A DNA stretch of 64,000 bases from a bacterium. Its GTDB lineage: Bacteria; Hinthialibacterota; Hinthialibacteria; Hinthialibacterales; Hinthialibacteraceae. Below the pieces are notes generated by a model, which was given only the letters and a program-made list of their open reading frames with translations, was not told the origin of the DNA and did not search any database. Shown here in pieces: positions 30,008 through 40,183 of this stretch. Within the stretch, counting starts at the first letter, position 1; the number at the start of each line of letters is the position of its first letter. The position numbers and the translations under genes are program-made. The stretch is from assembly GCA_963662285.2 (NCBI GenBank), contig CAXXMV010000006.1, forward strand, positions 1,696,001-1,760,000, in the 5' to 3' direction.

Positions 30008-31132
30008 ATGAAATCTCACATACAGCATGTTATTAGATTGCTTAAGCAATTTACCGTAGGTCTTATCCTGTTTTTTTTGTCTTTAGGATTCGCTAATTCC
30101 GATCCAAAACGTCTGACGCCTACTGTAATTCACGTCCCTGAAGATGTTTTAACCATTGGAGAAGCCTTGAGTCAATCAATTGCAGGAGATTGCATATCGC
30201 TGGCTTCTGGTGCATATAGCGAGCCGATTGTTATTAAGGATGCTTCTATTACTATACAAGGGCGCTCAGAAAATCAGCGTCCCATCATTCGTTATGGATG
30301 GGATATGTTTCTGGACTATGGCGCCTCAATTTTAGTGGAAAACTCTCAGTTGACCATAAAACATTTAAATATTATTGGGCAATGTCATCCAGCATTAGAA
30401 GCTGATAATACCGAGTTAATCATAAAAAATTGCCAATTAACCGGAGCCAATGAATTGCTGTCGCGCTATATAAGTATTTATGCCACGCCTGCATTGCGAT
30501 GGAAGAATGCAAAAAGTCGTAAATGTCATATAGAGAATACCTTATTGACTGGTGGATGTGGAATCGGAGGCCCCGCTATAGAATTTCTTGATTGCAGTGA
30601 TGTCCTAATGCAAATTGAGCAATCGAATGTTCACGGAAAGGATGTTGTTTATCCCCCTCATAATGGGGGCTGCGCTATACAAATAAAAGATTCATCAAAC
30701 GTAGATATTAATTTGAATCAAAGTTATTTATATGGAGGGCGGGGCTATAACTCTAACGTCTACTCCAGTCCATTTGCCGTTCCTACAATGATTCTTGGTC
30801 CCGATAAAGGTGGATATGGTGTTCTTGTAGAGAATTCATCTCTCCATATAGCAGGAGGAGAAATAATCGCCGGACGCGCTGGTGACGGAGGCGAGCATAC
30901 CATTAACAACACACTAAATCATATTTATGAGAACAAGACATTTGATGGCGGTGTTAGCGGAACGGGCATCGAGTTGAAGAATCATTCTTATGCAATGTTA
31001 ACAGATGTGTTGTTGCAGGGAGGAGAAGGCGGTGAGCCTAACGGTTCTATGGGATTACCTTATGCGGTGGATGATACTTCAGAAATAGAGTTTTCAAATC
31101 AGACCAATGTAGATTATTGGTCTGTCTATTAA
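30008..31132 (+). CDS. Secreted beta-helix-like protein with C-terminal W-tail (TNVDYWSVY)
   Basis: Signal peptide; IHVPEDVLTIGEAL..GD.I.LASGAYSE (typical beta-helix N-cap); Gly-rich repeats. Confidence 0.8.
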   Translation: MKSHIQHVIRLLKQFTVGLILFFLSLGFANSDPKRLTPTVIHVPEDVLTIGEALSQSIAGDCISLASGAYSEPIVIKDASITIQGRSENQRPIIRYGWDMFLDYGASILVENSQLTIKHLNIIGQCHPALEADNTELIIKNCQLTGANELLSRYISIYATPALRWKNAKSRKCHIENTLLTGGCGIGGPAIEFLDCSDVLMQIEQSNVHGKDVVYPPHNGGCAIQIKDSSNVDINLNQSYLYGGRGYNSNVYSSPFAVPTMILGPDKGGYGVLVENSSLHIAGGEIIAGRAGDGGEHTINNTLNHIYENKTFDGGVSGTGIELKNHSYAMLTDVLLQGGEGGEPNGSMGLPYAVDDTSEIEFSNQTNVDYWSVY

Positions 31133-31261
31133 TCATAATACTATATTCAAAATTCATATAACCTTGTTCATAAATCATTTTCAATGTAATTTAAATGGTC
31201 AAAATATTATTATTTTTATTTGTGATGTTTATAATATATATTAACTAACGGAGTGTAACAC

Positions 31262-32440
31262 ATGAATATTCAAGGCGCTGAACGCCTAAAGGAATTACCG
31301 GTTTACCTGTTTGATGATCTGGATAATCAAAAAGCCGCAGAAGAAGCCAAGGGCGTTAAAGTCATCGACCTGGGCGTAGGCGACCCTGACCGTCCTACCC
31401 CTAAATACATCATTGACGCATTGAAGCAAGCGGTCGATAACGACAGGAATCATCATTATCCCTCGTATAAAGGAATGCCTGAATACCGTAAAGCGGTGGC
31501 GCATTGGTATAAGAACAACTTCAAGGTTGAACTTAATCCCGATAGCGAAGTATTGAGCTGCATTGGCAGTAAACGCGGAGTGGCCGATCTTCCCATGGCG
31601 CTATGCAATCCGGGTGATGTGGTTCTGATTCCCGATCCTTGCTATACAGCTTATATCCCCGGCATCGTGATGTGCGGCGCTGAAGTTTATTACATGCCAT
31701 TGCTGGAAGAGAATGGCTTCCTGCCCGATTTGGAAGCAATTCCAGAGGATATCCGTCAACGCGCTAAATTGATGCTGCTTAATTTCCCCGGTAATCCCAC
31801 AGCGGCCTTGGCGCCATTATCATACTTTGACAAAGTAGTTGCTTTCGCAAAAGAGAACAATATCATTGTTTCTCATGACTGCCCTTATTCGGAAGCAGCC
31901 TATGATGGCAAACGTCAGCCTTCATTTCTTGAAGCTGAAGGCGCCAAAGATGTCGGCATCGAATTTCACTCCATGTCCAAAGTGTTCAACATGAGCGGCT
32001 GGCGTTGCGCCCATGCGGTTGGCAATGCTGAAGTGCTTGGTTATCTTGGTAAAGTTCGTTCTAACGTCGACATGGGAGTGTTCCCCCCGATCCAGCATGC
32101 CGCCATCGCTGCATTGACGGGAACCATGGATTTCACCCGTGAAATGTGCCAGATTTATCAGAAGCGCCGTGATGTACTGTGCGATGGCTTGGATAGACTG
32201 GGGTGGAACGTTACTCGACCAACAGGCACATTCTTTATCTGGACCAAGGTGCCCCAGCCGGGCGTCTCTTCCGGCGACTTCGCCAAAGAAGTTTTACTGA
32301 AATCCGGAGTTTTGATCACTCCAGGAAGCGGTTTCGGTAAGCATGGCGAAGGATATATCCGCATCGCTTTGACCGTAGAAGAAGACGTTTATACCGAAGT
32401 AGTCGACCGTATCGAAAAAGCCGGATTCGTTTATAAATAA
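31262..32440 (+). CDS. dapL: LL-diaminopimelate aminotransferase (class I/II PLP aminotransferase)
   Basis: RL..LPVYLF..L...K, VIDLGVGDPDRPTP, NHHYPSYKG, NFPGNPT, SFLEAEGAKDVGIEFHSMSKVFNMSGWR, TPGSGFGKHGEGYIRIAL. Confidence 0.85.
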   Translation: MNIQGAERLKELPVYLFDDLDNQKAAEEAKGVKVIDLGVGDPDRPTPKYIIDALKQAVDNDRNHHYPSYKGMPEYRKAVAHWYKNNFKVELNPDSEVLSCIGSKRGVADLPMALCNPGDVVLIPDPCYTAYIPGIVMCGAEVYYMPLLEENGFLPDLEAIPEDIRQRAKLMLLNFPGNPTAALAPLSYFDKVVAFAKENNIIVSHDCPYSEAAYDGKRQPSFLEAEGAKDVGIEFHSMSKVFNMSGWRCAHAVGNAEVLGYLGKVRSNVDMGVFPPIQHAAIAALTGTMDFTREMCQIYQKRRDVLCDGLDRLGWNVTRPTGTFFIWTKVPQPGVSSGDFAKEVLLKSGVLITPGSGFGKHGEGYIRIALTVEEDVYTEVVDRIEKAGFVYK

Positions 32441-32468
32441 TCCAATAATAGACATAGTTAATCTTTTG

Positions 32469-32510
32469 AATAATAGAAATGCCCGGTAAGCGCCGGGTAT
32501 TTCTATTATT
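32469..32510 (+). terminator. Terminator hairpin after dapL
   Basis: AATAATAGAAATGCCCGG-loop-CCGGGTATTTCTATTATT. Confidence 0.7.
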
Positions 32511-32635
32511 TCAATATGTGAAATGATTAATCTATACAATTAACTTTACCGGGATAGAAATTTGTTCGTTCTTTTTATAAACTCAATAAGCATAGACTTT
32601 TATTAATCACTATAGTTATTTTAAGGAGATTAAAA

Positions 32636-33610
32636 ATGAGTGATCAAGCGCCTTGGATCACATTCCGTCCGGAAATTAAAATATTGGATTGCACTGTACG
32701 AGATGGAGGATTAATCAACGACTCAAAATTTGATGATGATTTTGTCCGTTCAGTTTATAAAACCTGTCTGGCTTCGGGGATAGATTATATGGAGATTGGA
32801 TATAAAAATTCCAAAAGCGTATTTCCCAAAGATAAATATGGTCCCTGGCGTCATTGCGACGAAGATGACGTTCGCCGTATAGTTGGCGACAACAAAACTA
32901 ATCTGAAACTGTCTGCTATGGCGGATGCTGGAAAAAGTGATTGGCAAACAGATATTATTCCCAAAAAAGATAGTGCTCTAGATATGATTCGAGTGGCGTG
33001 TTATGTGCATCAGATTTCAGAAGCAGCGGATATGATTCAGGATGCATACGAAAAAGGTTATGAGGTTACCTGTAATATTATGGCAATCTCAGCCGCACGG
33101 GATGCCGAGATCGACCAATCGCTGGAAATTGCCGCCCGGACGAATGCATCAACTATAGTTATTGTAGATAGTTTTGGATCATTATATTCTGAACAAGTCG
33201 CCAACCTGATCAAACGTTATCAAAAGGCGGTTGAAGGATCCGGCAAAGAGATCGGCATCCATGCGCATAATAACCAGCAACTCGCTTTCGCCAACACCAT
33301 CGAATGCATCATCCGTGGAGTTAACCGCATTGATGCTACGATGGCTGGTTTGGGACGCGGGGCGGGGAACTGCCCTATGGAATTGCTGCTTGGTTTCTTA
33401 AGAAATCCCAAGTTTAAGATTCGACCGGTATGGCAACTGTTAGAATCTCACTTTGGCAAATTGAGTGAAGACCTTGATTGGGGACCTCATCCTCAATACA
33501 TAATTACCGGTCAGTTAAATCAACATCCCCGTTCCGCTATCGCCGCCCGTTCAAACGATAAAATCGGGAAGTTAGTTGATTTCTATGACAAATGCATTGG
33601 TGATGTTTAA
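32636..33610 (+). CDS. DRE-TIM metallolyase (4-hydroxy-2-oxovalerate aldolase/HMGL-like catalytic domain)
   Basis: ILDCTVRDGG, YMEIGY, IVDSFGS, GIHAHNNQQLAFANT, DATMAGLGRGAGNCPMELL. Confidence 0.88.
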   Translation: MSDQAPWITFRPEIKILDCTVRDGGLINDSKFDDDFVRSVYKTCLASGIDYMEIGYKNSKSVFPKDKYGPWRHCDEDDVRRIVGDNKTNLKLSAMADAGKSDWQTDIIPKKDSALDMIRVACYVHQISEAADMIQDAYEKGYEVTCNIMAISAARDAEIDQSLEIAARTNASTIVIVDSFGSLYSEQVANLIKRYQKAVEGSGKEIGIHAHNNQQLAFANTIECIIRGVNRIDATMAGLGRGAGNCPMELLLGFLRNPKFKIRPVWQLLESHFGKLSEDLDWGPHPQYIITGQLNQHPRSAIAARSNDKIGKLVDFYDKCIGDV

Positions 33611-33626
33611 CAAGTCATGAATGCTA

Positions 33627-33689
33627 AAAAATGCTAACGCATCATGCAAAAATGCTAACGCATCATGCAAAAATGCTAACGCATCATGA
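33627..33689 (+). repeat. Tandem repeat, 3 x 21 bp
   Basis: AAAAATGCTAACGCATCATGC three times (last base of copy 3 differs); complementary arm GCGTTGGCATTT at 33705-33716. Confidence 0.9.
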
Positions 33690-33715
33690 TATAAGTATTA
33701 TAGCGCGTTGGCATT

Positions 33716-33828
33716 TAGAGCGATTCTCAATATTACTTGCGTTAATGCGGTTCTTCAAAGTCCCAAAAAAGATGGTACTTTGAACAAATCCTGTGTTTCA
33801 ATACGCATTAGTTTTGTTAACCGCTATA
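33716..33828 (+). mobile_element. MITE-like element, family B copy 2 (full length, internal hairpin)
   Basis: TAGAGCGATT...AACCGCTATA imperfect TIRs bounded by TA; internal TTCAAAGTCCC..GGTACTTTGAA hairpin. Confidence 0.75.
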
Positions 33829-33893
33829 GTTGATAAAAAAGGTGTTTTTTATTACTTTTTAACGTAACCCGTTTTGATCGTGAGATACGATTT

Positions 33894-34817
33894 ATGAAGT
33901 ATTTTTCCATAATATGTATGTATTTTTGTTGTTGTTCATATGCACTGGCAGGCGGTTCGTTAACCACTGGCGCCAAGAATTTTCTGATTAACATAACTCA
34001 ACCAACCCTGCTGGCCGAAGAAGCGGCGCAAGCCTGTTGGTCGCCGGATGGCAATAAAATCGCTTATAGTTATATGCCGGGCGGCAAGAGTATATTCGGC
34101 GGGGGAATATTGATCCACACGCTGGGGGCTTCAGATAATCCCCAACGACTTACCGCAGATGGCAAAGACCCCGCATGGTCTCCTGATGGAAAATGGATCG
34201 CCTTTGTACGCGCCGGATATGCGGGAATGAACGAATCAGTATGGCTTAAGCAGGCAAATAATAAAGGAGACCTAAAATTCATAGCTGAAGGTGGATATCC
34301 CCAATGGACCCCTGACAGCCAAAACCTGATCTATTATTCCGACCAGGTTGAAGCTGTATGCCAGGCCACGCTAAAAGACGGTATCCCATCGAATAAAAAG
34401 AAATTATTCGACTTGATGTATTCCTATCCCAGGCTTTCCCCCAATGGCGAGGAAATCGCTTATGTATTACCTTCCATCACATCATTACTGAACAAGAAAA
34501 AAGATGACAAGATAAATCAAACCGTCTTGTTAATAACCGATTTACAGCAACGCATACTGCGTCAGTTAACAATCCCATTTCGGCATATATTATGCGGTTG
34601 GTCTCCCGATGGTGAACAGATAGTATTCGGTGGAATTCTTAATGAAAATAGCGGTTTGAACATTATTGATGCAGATTTGAAAACTCCTCCCCATAAGTTA
34701 TTAGATGGAATTTGGAGCCGACCATCATGGTCTCCCGATGGAAGATATATTGCCTACGATTCCATGGAAGATGGTAAACTTGAGTTGTGGATTATGGATT
34801 ATAAAAGGATGCAATGA
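33894..34817 (+). CDS. TolB-like PD40-repeat beta-propeller, secreted
   Basis: Signal peptide; repeated (P)AWSPDGK.IAF / WTPDS / LSPNG / WSPDG motifs. Confidence 0.88.
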   Translation: MKYFSIICMYFCCCSYALAGGSLTTGAKNFLINITQPTLLAEEAAQACWSPDGNKIAYSYMPGGKSIFGGGILIHTLGASDNPQRLTADGKDPAWSPDGKWIAFVRAGYAGMNESVWLKQANNKGDLKFIAEGGYPQWTPDSQNLIYYSDQVEAVCQATLKDGIPSNKKKLFDLMYSYPRLSPNGEEIAYVLPSITSLLNKKKDDKINQTVLLITDLQQRILRQLTIPFRHILCGWSPDGEQIVFGGILNENSGLNIIDADLKTPPHKLLDGIWSRPSWSPDGRYIAYDSMEDGKLELWIMDYKRMQ

Positions 34818-34991
34818 CATCTGAATAATAAGAGATGTTTAAGTTCTTAACTTATTTGAATTATTGAGTTAATAATAGTTGACAATCATAGGTTATTTAT
34901 GAGACATTAACTAGGTCTACTTATACTAAGGAAAATGGTCTATTTCCAATCAATTTACGTTAAAATATATACCTGAGAGGAGATTATTATC

Positions 34992-35621
34992 ATGAAACGA
35001 TCAGGATTTACCCTTATAGAACTTCTAATCGTAGTGGCCATTATCGGCATATTAGCGGCGATAGCGGTACCCAACTTTTTGAATGCTCAAATACGGGCCA
35101 AAGCCGCCAGAACCTTTGCTGATATGAAAATGCTATACGATCAGATCGGCATCCGGCATTTAGATTCCGGCTTATGGTTGATTGATGGCAATGACACGAG
35201 TCATGGGCCGCCGGAAAAATGCGCTTTACCAGGCGGATTCAGTTTCTTTGGTAAAACATGCGCCCAGGCCGGCGCCAAATGCGGCGGGTTGGGAGATAAT
35301 CACTTCAATGGACGTATCTGGGGATTACTGACAACTCCAATCAGTTATATTAGTTCGTTACCGGTCGATCCTTTTATGAACGGATTATTCTATGGCTATG
35401 AAGACCGGGACTGCGCCAATTCACCACTAGGTCAGCATTGGCTGATTTTCGCCGCTGGTCCGGATGGAGATCATGGCGATTGGCTTGATGGACGTTCAGC
35501 CAAACCATACGCACCTTCAAACGGCGTAGCGTCCAACGGAGATATCTGGAAAGCTATGCCCCTTAAAGGCGGAGGCAGCCTATTCTTCCAGGAAATCGGT
35601 TTATACGATACTTATTTCTAA
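34992..35621 (+). CDS. Prepilin-type GspG-like pseudopilin, paralogue 4 (four Cys in head)
   Basis: MKRSG|FTLIELLIVVAIIGILAAIAVPNFLNAQIRAK; LTTPISYISSLPVDPF; AAGPDG; YAPSNGVASNGDI; RBS GAGGAG. Confidence 0.92.
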   Translation: MKRSGFTLIELLIVVAIIGILAAIAVPNFLNAQIRAKAARTFADMKMLYDQIGIRHLDSGLWLIDGNDTSHGPPEKCALPGGFSFFGKTCAQAGAKCGGLGDNHFNGRIWGLLTTPISYISSLPVDPFMNGLFYGYEDRDCANSPLGQHWLIFAAGPDGDHGDWLDGRSAKPYAPSNGVASNGDIWKAMPLKGGGSLFFQEIGLYDTYF

Positions 35622-35644
35622 ATCTGAGATATTCATAAAGCAAT

Positions 35645-35682
35645 AAAAGAAGGCCGCTGGATCAATTCCAACGGCCTTCTTT
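35645..35682. terminator. Bidirectional terminator between convergent genes
   Basis: AAAAGAAGGCCG.TGGA-loop-TCCA.CGGCCTTCTTT. Confidence 0.7.
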
Positions 35683-35707
35683 GTGTTAATAGATATTGTG
35701 ACACTCT

Positions 35708-36772
35708 TTAGAAAGAAACAATGTTACGTGCTCTAAGTATACGCACCATTGCGATTTTGGCGTCTCCACTGGCGAATTGTACGGCGTCGATGATGTTCTG
35801 AGTCATAGTTGAGCATGTCATTTCCATCAACAATTCTTCCGCCATGCCGCGCATCTGGGGACATGGGGAATTTAGAGCCATTACCAGATCGGGCCAGGCG
35901 TTTAGTTTTTTGAATTTAACCAGCAGACGCAGCGAGGCGCATTTGATATGCGCTTCATCGTCTTGGGCTAATAATTCGATGATCATGGGGATGCGGCGGA
36001 ATTCTCCACTCTCAATCAAACTTTCGGTAAGAACAATGAGAGATTCGGCGGCGGCGGTTTTGATCCTGGCGTAACCTTTCTGATATACTGCGATCAAGGG
36101 TTTTATTGCCTGAATGTCATTGAGCCTGCCAGCGGCAGCAATTGCTGCGATGCGGACTGTGTGATCTGGATGCTTAAAGGCTTTAAGGATTGGTTTAAGC
36201 GCAATTGGGTCGCCATGCGCTCCCAGGGTTTTTATAAGACCCGACTGGCATTTCGGACAAGCCGCCTCGCTCAAAGCGATCAGCAGGGCATTGGACGAAG
36301 CCGGGACGGGGATGCGCTCCAAAGCATAACGGGCTGTCTCGAAAGTATCTGGCCGCTGCAGGAAAATTGCGATAGCCGGGACGGCTTTTTCTGTTCCAGT
36401 TCGTGATAGCATCCATAATGCGAACTTCAATTGTTCTGAGGTTGCGTCATCCAGCAGAAATAGGATCAGCGCATTTTCAACCGCAGCTTGTTCAGCGTCA
36501 GCGCCGGGCGCCGTTGATTGGTTGACGATGAATTCAACCGCGCGTTTGGCGAATTTGTCGATCAATTTATTTTCAGAGCCAACCTGTTTGAGCAGATCGC
36601 CAAGCGCTGATGGACCTTGGTTTACTAGATTTTGGTAGGCGTCATTACGCGCCGCTGCATTTTGTAAGCCAAGTTGGTCTATTAGAATATCATTGTCGCC
36701 GCTCCAGGACGCGCTGGTCATGCAGAGTACTAAGGCGAAGCATAAGATGGCTGATAGGGTCTGTTTTTTCAT
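35708..36772 (-). CDS. Secreted HEAT/PBS-lyase repeat protein
   Basis: Signal peptide from MKKQTLS (RBS AAGGAG); repeats such as ARYALERIP and VRIAAIAAAGRL; follows the Gfo gene. Confidence 0.85.
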   Translation of the reverse strand: MKKQTLSAILCFALVLCMTSASWSGDNDILIDQLGLQNAAARNDAYQNLVNQGPSALGDLLKQVGSENKLIDKFAKRAVEFIVNQSTAPGADAEQAAVENALILFLLDDATSEQLKFALWMLSRTGTEKAVPAIAIFLQRPDTFETARYALERIPVPASSNALLIALSEAACPKCQSGLIKTLGAHGDPIALKPILKAFKHPDHTVRIAAIAAAGRLNDIQAIKPLIAVYQKGYARIKTAAAESLIVLTESLIESGEFRRIPMIIELLAQDDEAHIKCASLRLLVKFKKLNAWPDLVMALNSPCPQMRGMAEELLMEMTCSTMTQNIIDAVQFASGDAKIAMVRILRARNIVSF

Positions 36773-36798
36773 TAGATTAGTCTCCTTTTTCTTCACCT

Positions 36799-38079
36799 TT
36801 ACAGATACCAGGGCGCCCGGTATGGCCTGAATAACCAACGGTTGGCTTCTGAGTCGTTTATGAATTCTTCCTTAACCGGATCCCAGTGTAATTTGCGTCC
36901 CAGGCGCATGGCGATATTGCCCAGGTGAGCGCAAGAGACGGAGCGGTGTCCGATTTCGACGTCGCATATCGGTTTACGGCGGTCAATGACGCAATCGATC
37001 CAATCACGTTCATGACCAGGGCTATGATAAAGATGGATATCTTGATCGGTAAGTTTTTCTTTGAGTAAACCAATCGGCTCGGTCTGCAAACCGCCGCGCC
37101 ATACATGAACCCAACCATCGCTGCCTTCGAAACGGGCGCCGTGTTCTGGATTGGTGGCGATCATTTTAACGCCGTTGGCGTATTCGTAGGTGCAATTGTA
37201 ACTGGTATAGGTTTCATACATTCCATTTTGGGGCAGCGCGCCTGTACCTTCAACTGAGACCGGGCCGGATAGGTCGGTTCCTAATCCCCATTGGGCGATA
37301 TCAAAATGATGAGCGCCCCAGTCTGTCATCTGTCCGCCTGAATAATCGAAGAACCAGCGGAAATTCCACTGGAAGCGATTTACATTATATGGAACTTTGG
37401 GGGCTGGACCGAGGTATAGATCCCAATCAAGTCCTTCTGGTGGAGCAGCGTCGGGAACCCATGGACCATCAGATCCGTTAGGTAGAAAAACCTTGACCGT
37501 ATGCACTTTACCTATGCGGCCATTACGCACCAGCTCGCAGGCGAAGCGGAAATTATCGCTGGAGCGTTGCTGGCTGCCCACCTGGAAGATGCGGCCATAG
37601 CGGCGCACCGCTTTAACCAGCATCTTGCCTTCGTGAATGGTAAGGGTCAGAGGTTTCTGGCAGTAGATATCCTTGCCTGCCTCGCAAGCGGAGATGGCGA
37701 TGCGGGTGTGCCAATGGTCGGGCGTGGCGATAATAACGGCGTCGATATCATCACGGTCAAGCAATTCGCGGAAATCATTGTAGTCTGCGCAATCTTCGTT
37801 GCCATAGAAATCATCAACATGGTTTTTGGCGCGCATACGGTTTTGCTCGTATACGTCACAGGCGGCTACCACCTGGGTTCTTTCATCGTGCATAACAGTA
37901 TTCATATTGCCGGATCCCATGCCGCCGCATCCGATCAGACCAACCGTGATGCGATCATTAGCTGAAGCGCGTCCTTTGGCGTATAGGTCACTGGCGATGA
38001 AGGGCAAAGAAAACGCCGTTGCTCCAGCACTTTTAGCAATTCTTCCCATGAAATGTCTTCTGGTTAAATGTTTTATCAT
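36799..38079 (-). CDS. Gfo/Idh/MocA oxidoreductase with Tat signal
   Basis: LTRRHFM Tat motif; GLIGCGGMG, IATPDHWH, GKDIYCQKP, QVGSQQRS, DWDLYLGPAP, GQMTDWGAHHFD. Confidence 0.93.
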   Translation of the reverse strand: MIKHLTRRHFMGRIAKSAGATAFSLPFIASDLYAKGRASANDRITVGLIGCGGMGSGNMNTVMHDERTQVVAACDVYEQNRMRAKNHVDDFYGNEDCADYNDFRELLDRDDIDAVIIATPDHWHTRIAISACEAGKDIYCQKPLTLTIHEGKMLVKAVRRYGRIFQVGSQQRSSDNFRFACELVRNGRIGKVHTVKVFLPNGSDGPWVPDAAPPEGLDWDLYLGPAPKVPYNVNRFQWNFRWFFDYSGGQMTDWGAHHFDIAQWGLGTDLSGPVSVEGTGALPQNGMYETYTSYNCTYEYANGVKMIATNPEHGARFEGSDGWVHVWRGGLQTEPIGLLKEKLTDQDIHLYHSPGHERDWIDCVIDRRKPICDVEIGHRSVSCAHLGNIAMRLGRKLHWDPVKEEFINDSEANRWLFRPYRAPWYL

Positions 38080-38389
38080 ACCTTCCTCCCGTAACCGAAC
38101 CGGAATAAACAACCCGGTTCAGGGTATATTTCCAATTATCTAATAGTTTCTGATTTATAATTGTGCGTGTAAAGGTTGAGTGATGATTGATTAGAGATAT
38201 TTTTTGGATAATCCCGTAGGATAGGTCGCATTTTTATGACACATAGAATCAAGTGTTACCTATGGGGCGGTGAAACTGATACATTCTACATAGTTATCCA
38301 AATTTCGGGGTACATTATTGTAACAAATGATCCCATCAATCGTTATTTACAAATAGAAGAACAACTTGCTATAACAGAGGAGGAATTTC

Positions 38390-39064
38390 ATGAAACGCCT
38401 CATGATTTTCTTGAGTATCACCGCTTTTATGATGTTTGGAATAATGGTTACGGCTTCTGAAAGCAGCCATAAAGTGAAAGCAATGAAATGGTCTTTTGAA
38501 AAAACTGAGGTCGGTAAGGTTCCAAAAAACTGGATGCTTGCAGAAACCAATGGAAAGAATAATCTGGCTACATGGAAAGTAGTTGAAATGAAAGACGCGC
38601 CCAGTGGACGGAAAGCGTTTGTTCTGACCGAAACTAAAAACACGCGCCGAACCTATAACCTGGCTATCGCCAAGAAGAGCAGTTATAAAGACCTTCAAAT
38701 CAGTCTCAAAGTAAAATCATTAACTGGAGAGGAAGATCAGGGAGGCGGACCAATCTGGCGGGCCATAGATCAAGATAACTATTTCATTGCCCGCTGGAAT
38801 CCCCTTGAAAATAACTTCCGCGTGTATTATGTGAAAAACAATAATAGAAAACAGATTGCCACTGCGGATATAACAACAGACGCCTCTAAATGGCACGATA
38901 TTAATATCGTGATGGTAGGTAACAAAATCACTGCTTCGTTCGATGGAAAAAAGATCATTGAAGTGGAAGATTCCACTTTTACCGAAGCAGGAATGGTCGG
39001 GCTTTGGACAAAAGCGGATGCGGCTACTGCCTTCGATGATCTCCAGGTAATGCCCACCAAGTAG
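38390..39064 (+). CDS. Secreted DUF1080-like (3-keto-disaccharide hydrolase-like) beta-sandwich protein
   Basis: Signal peptide; GEEDQGGGPIWR, NYFIARWNPLENNFRVY, WHDI.I, DSTFTEAGMVGLWTKADA.T.FDDL; RBS GAGGAGG. Confidence 0.8.
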   Translation: MKRLMIFLSITAFMMFGIMVTASESSHKVKAMKWSFEKTEVGKVPKNWMLAETNGKNNLATWKVVEMKDAPSGRKAFVLTETKNTRRTYNLAIAKKSSYKDLQISLKVKSLTGEEDQGGGPIWRAIDQDNYFIARWNPLENNFRVYYVKNNNRKQIATADITTDASKWHDINIVMVGNKITASFDGKKIIEVEDSTFTEAGMVGLWTKADAATAFDDLQVMPTK

Positions 39065-39102
39065 AAATGCAATGATGAAAAAAAATAAATGAAGATAAGT
39101 AT

Positions 39103-39139
39103 AAATGATGGGACACAGCGAAAGCGCGTCCCATCATTT
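39103..39139. terminator. Hairpin between convergent genes
   Basis: AAATGATGGGAC-loop-GTCCCATCATTT. Confidence 0.6.
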
Positions 39140-39151
39140 CTTTATAACAAT

Positions 39152-39994
39152 TTAAGCGGAGACTTGTTTCGCATCATCGTATTTCAATTTCCATTGCGCT
39201 AGAGCAATCAATAATCCAGGGGAAAACGGAATTATAGTCAATATTGCTCCAACGATTAAACTCTTGCGAACCATGCTGTAGGTAATTTCAAATTCACGCA
39301 TAATGTGATCAATTTGGTTGTGCCAAAAGATGTCTGGTCCAAGTATAGAGAGCACCGCTATGATATTGATACTGAGGAATAAAATCAAAACCCGCTGCCA
39401 TTTCTTCGAGCACAGCAGATAACAAATGGCGCCGATGATCCCGAATACATACAAACCTGTCATAAACGGAATTTTAAATAGACGATTCACTTCATCAAAC
39501 ATTATCCATACTACCAGTGGAAATGCGCCGAATAGCGCATACACCAACAATGTCCAGTCATCGCCTATTCGTTTGCCGAATGCCTGCATTGGAGCGATTC
39601 CAGAAATGGAGGCGCCGATAATCAAAGCGATTATAACGGGAATCCAAGGCAGTAATCCAAATACAGGTGAGGGAGGGATACGCACATTCATTAGATACAG
39701 TGCGAAAATAGGTACAAATCCAAAATACGGAAATGACCAGCGTGGAAAAGATTTCGCATACCCGACCACTAATCCAATATTCATTGCTAGAAAAATATAA
39801 ATCAGAAACCACGCATTCACAAAACGCGGCAGTCCCGGATATTCTTCCGGCCATGATGTACTAATGATTGTTATGCACACCACGATAAACGGAATGATCC
39901 CGGCAATGATTTGTAGAATATTTCTTTGATCGTGAAGTGATTTCGCCGTTGGCGCTTGAAAATCCGCAGTGTTGATTTCAGCTGTTGTTATCAT
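39152..39994 (-). CDS. Hypothetical polytopic membrane protein
   Basis: 280 aa, about 8 hydrophobic segments; GGAGG RBS. Confidence 0.75.
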   Translation of the reverse strand: MITTAEINTADFQAPTAKSLHDQRNILQIIAGIIPFIVVCITIISTSWPEEYPGLPRFVNAWFLIYIFLAMNIGLVVGYAKSFPRWSFPYFGFVPIFALYLMNVRIPPSPVFGLLPWIPVIIALIIGASISGIAPMQAFGKRIGDDWTLLVYALFGAFPLVVWIMFDEVNRLFKIPFMTGLYVFGIIGAICYLLCSKKWQRVLILFLSINIIAVLSILGPDIFWHNQIDHIMREFEITYSMVRKSLIVGAILTIIPFSPGLLIALAQWKLKYDDAKQVSA

Positions 39995-40183
39995 GTTTCA
40001 GCCTCCATTCCGCAGATAACCAGAGATTTAAAATATAAGCCAATAAGCATACCGACTTTTAATCAATGAATTATTTTCCATGATAGAATGTATCGTGTCA
40101 AGGATTTTTTTCCAGTGATTTTTTCCGGTGAATCATGCTTCCAGTGCGTAGACCCAAAGAAAGCGTAATTCATCGGTGTAAAT

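Noticed and set aside
33627-33689. 21-bp repeats as a mini-CRISPR
   Set aside because: Head-to-tail with no spacers; a simple tandem repeat.
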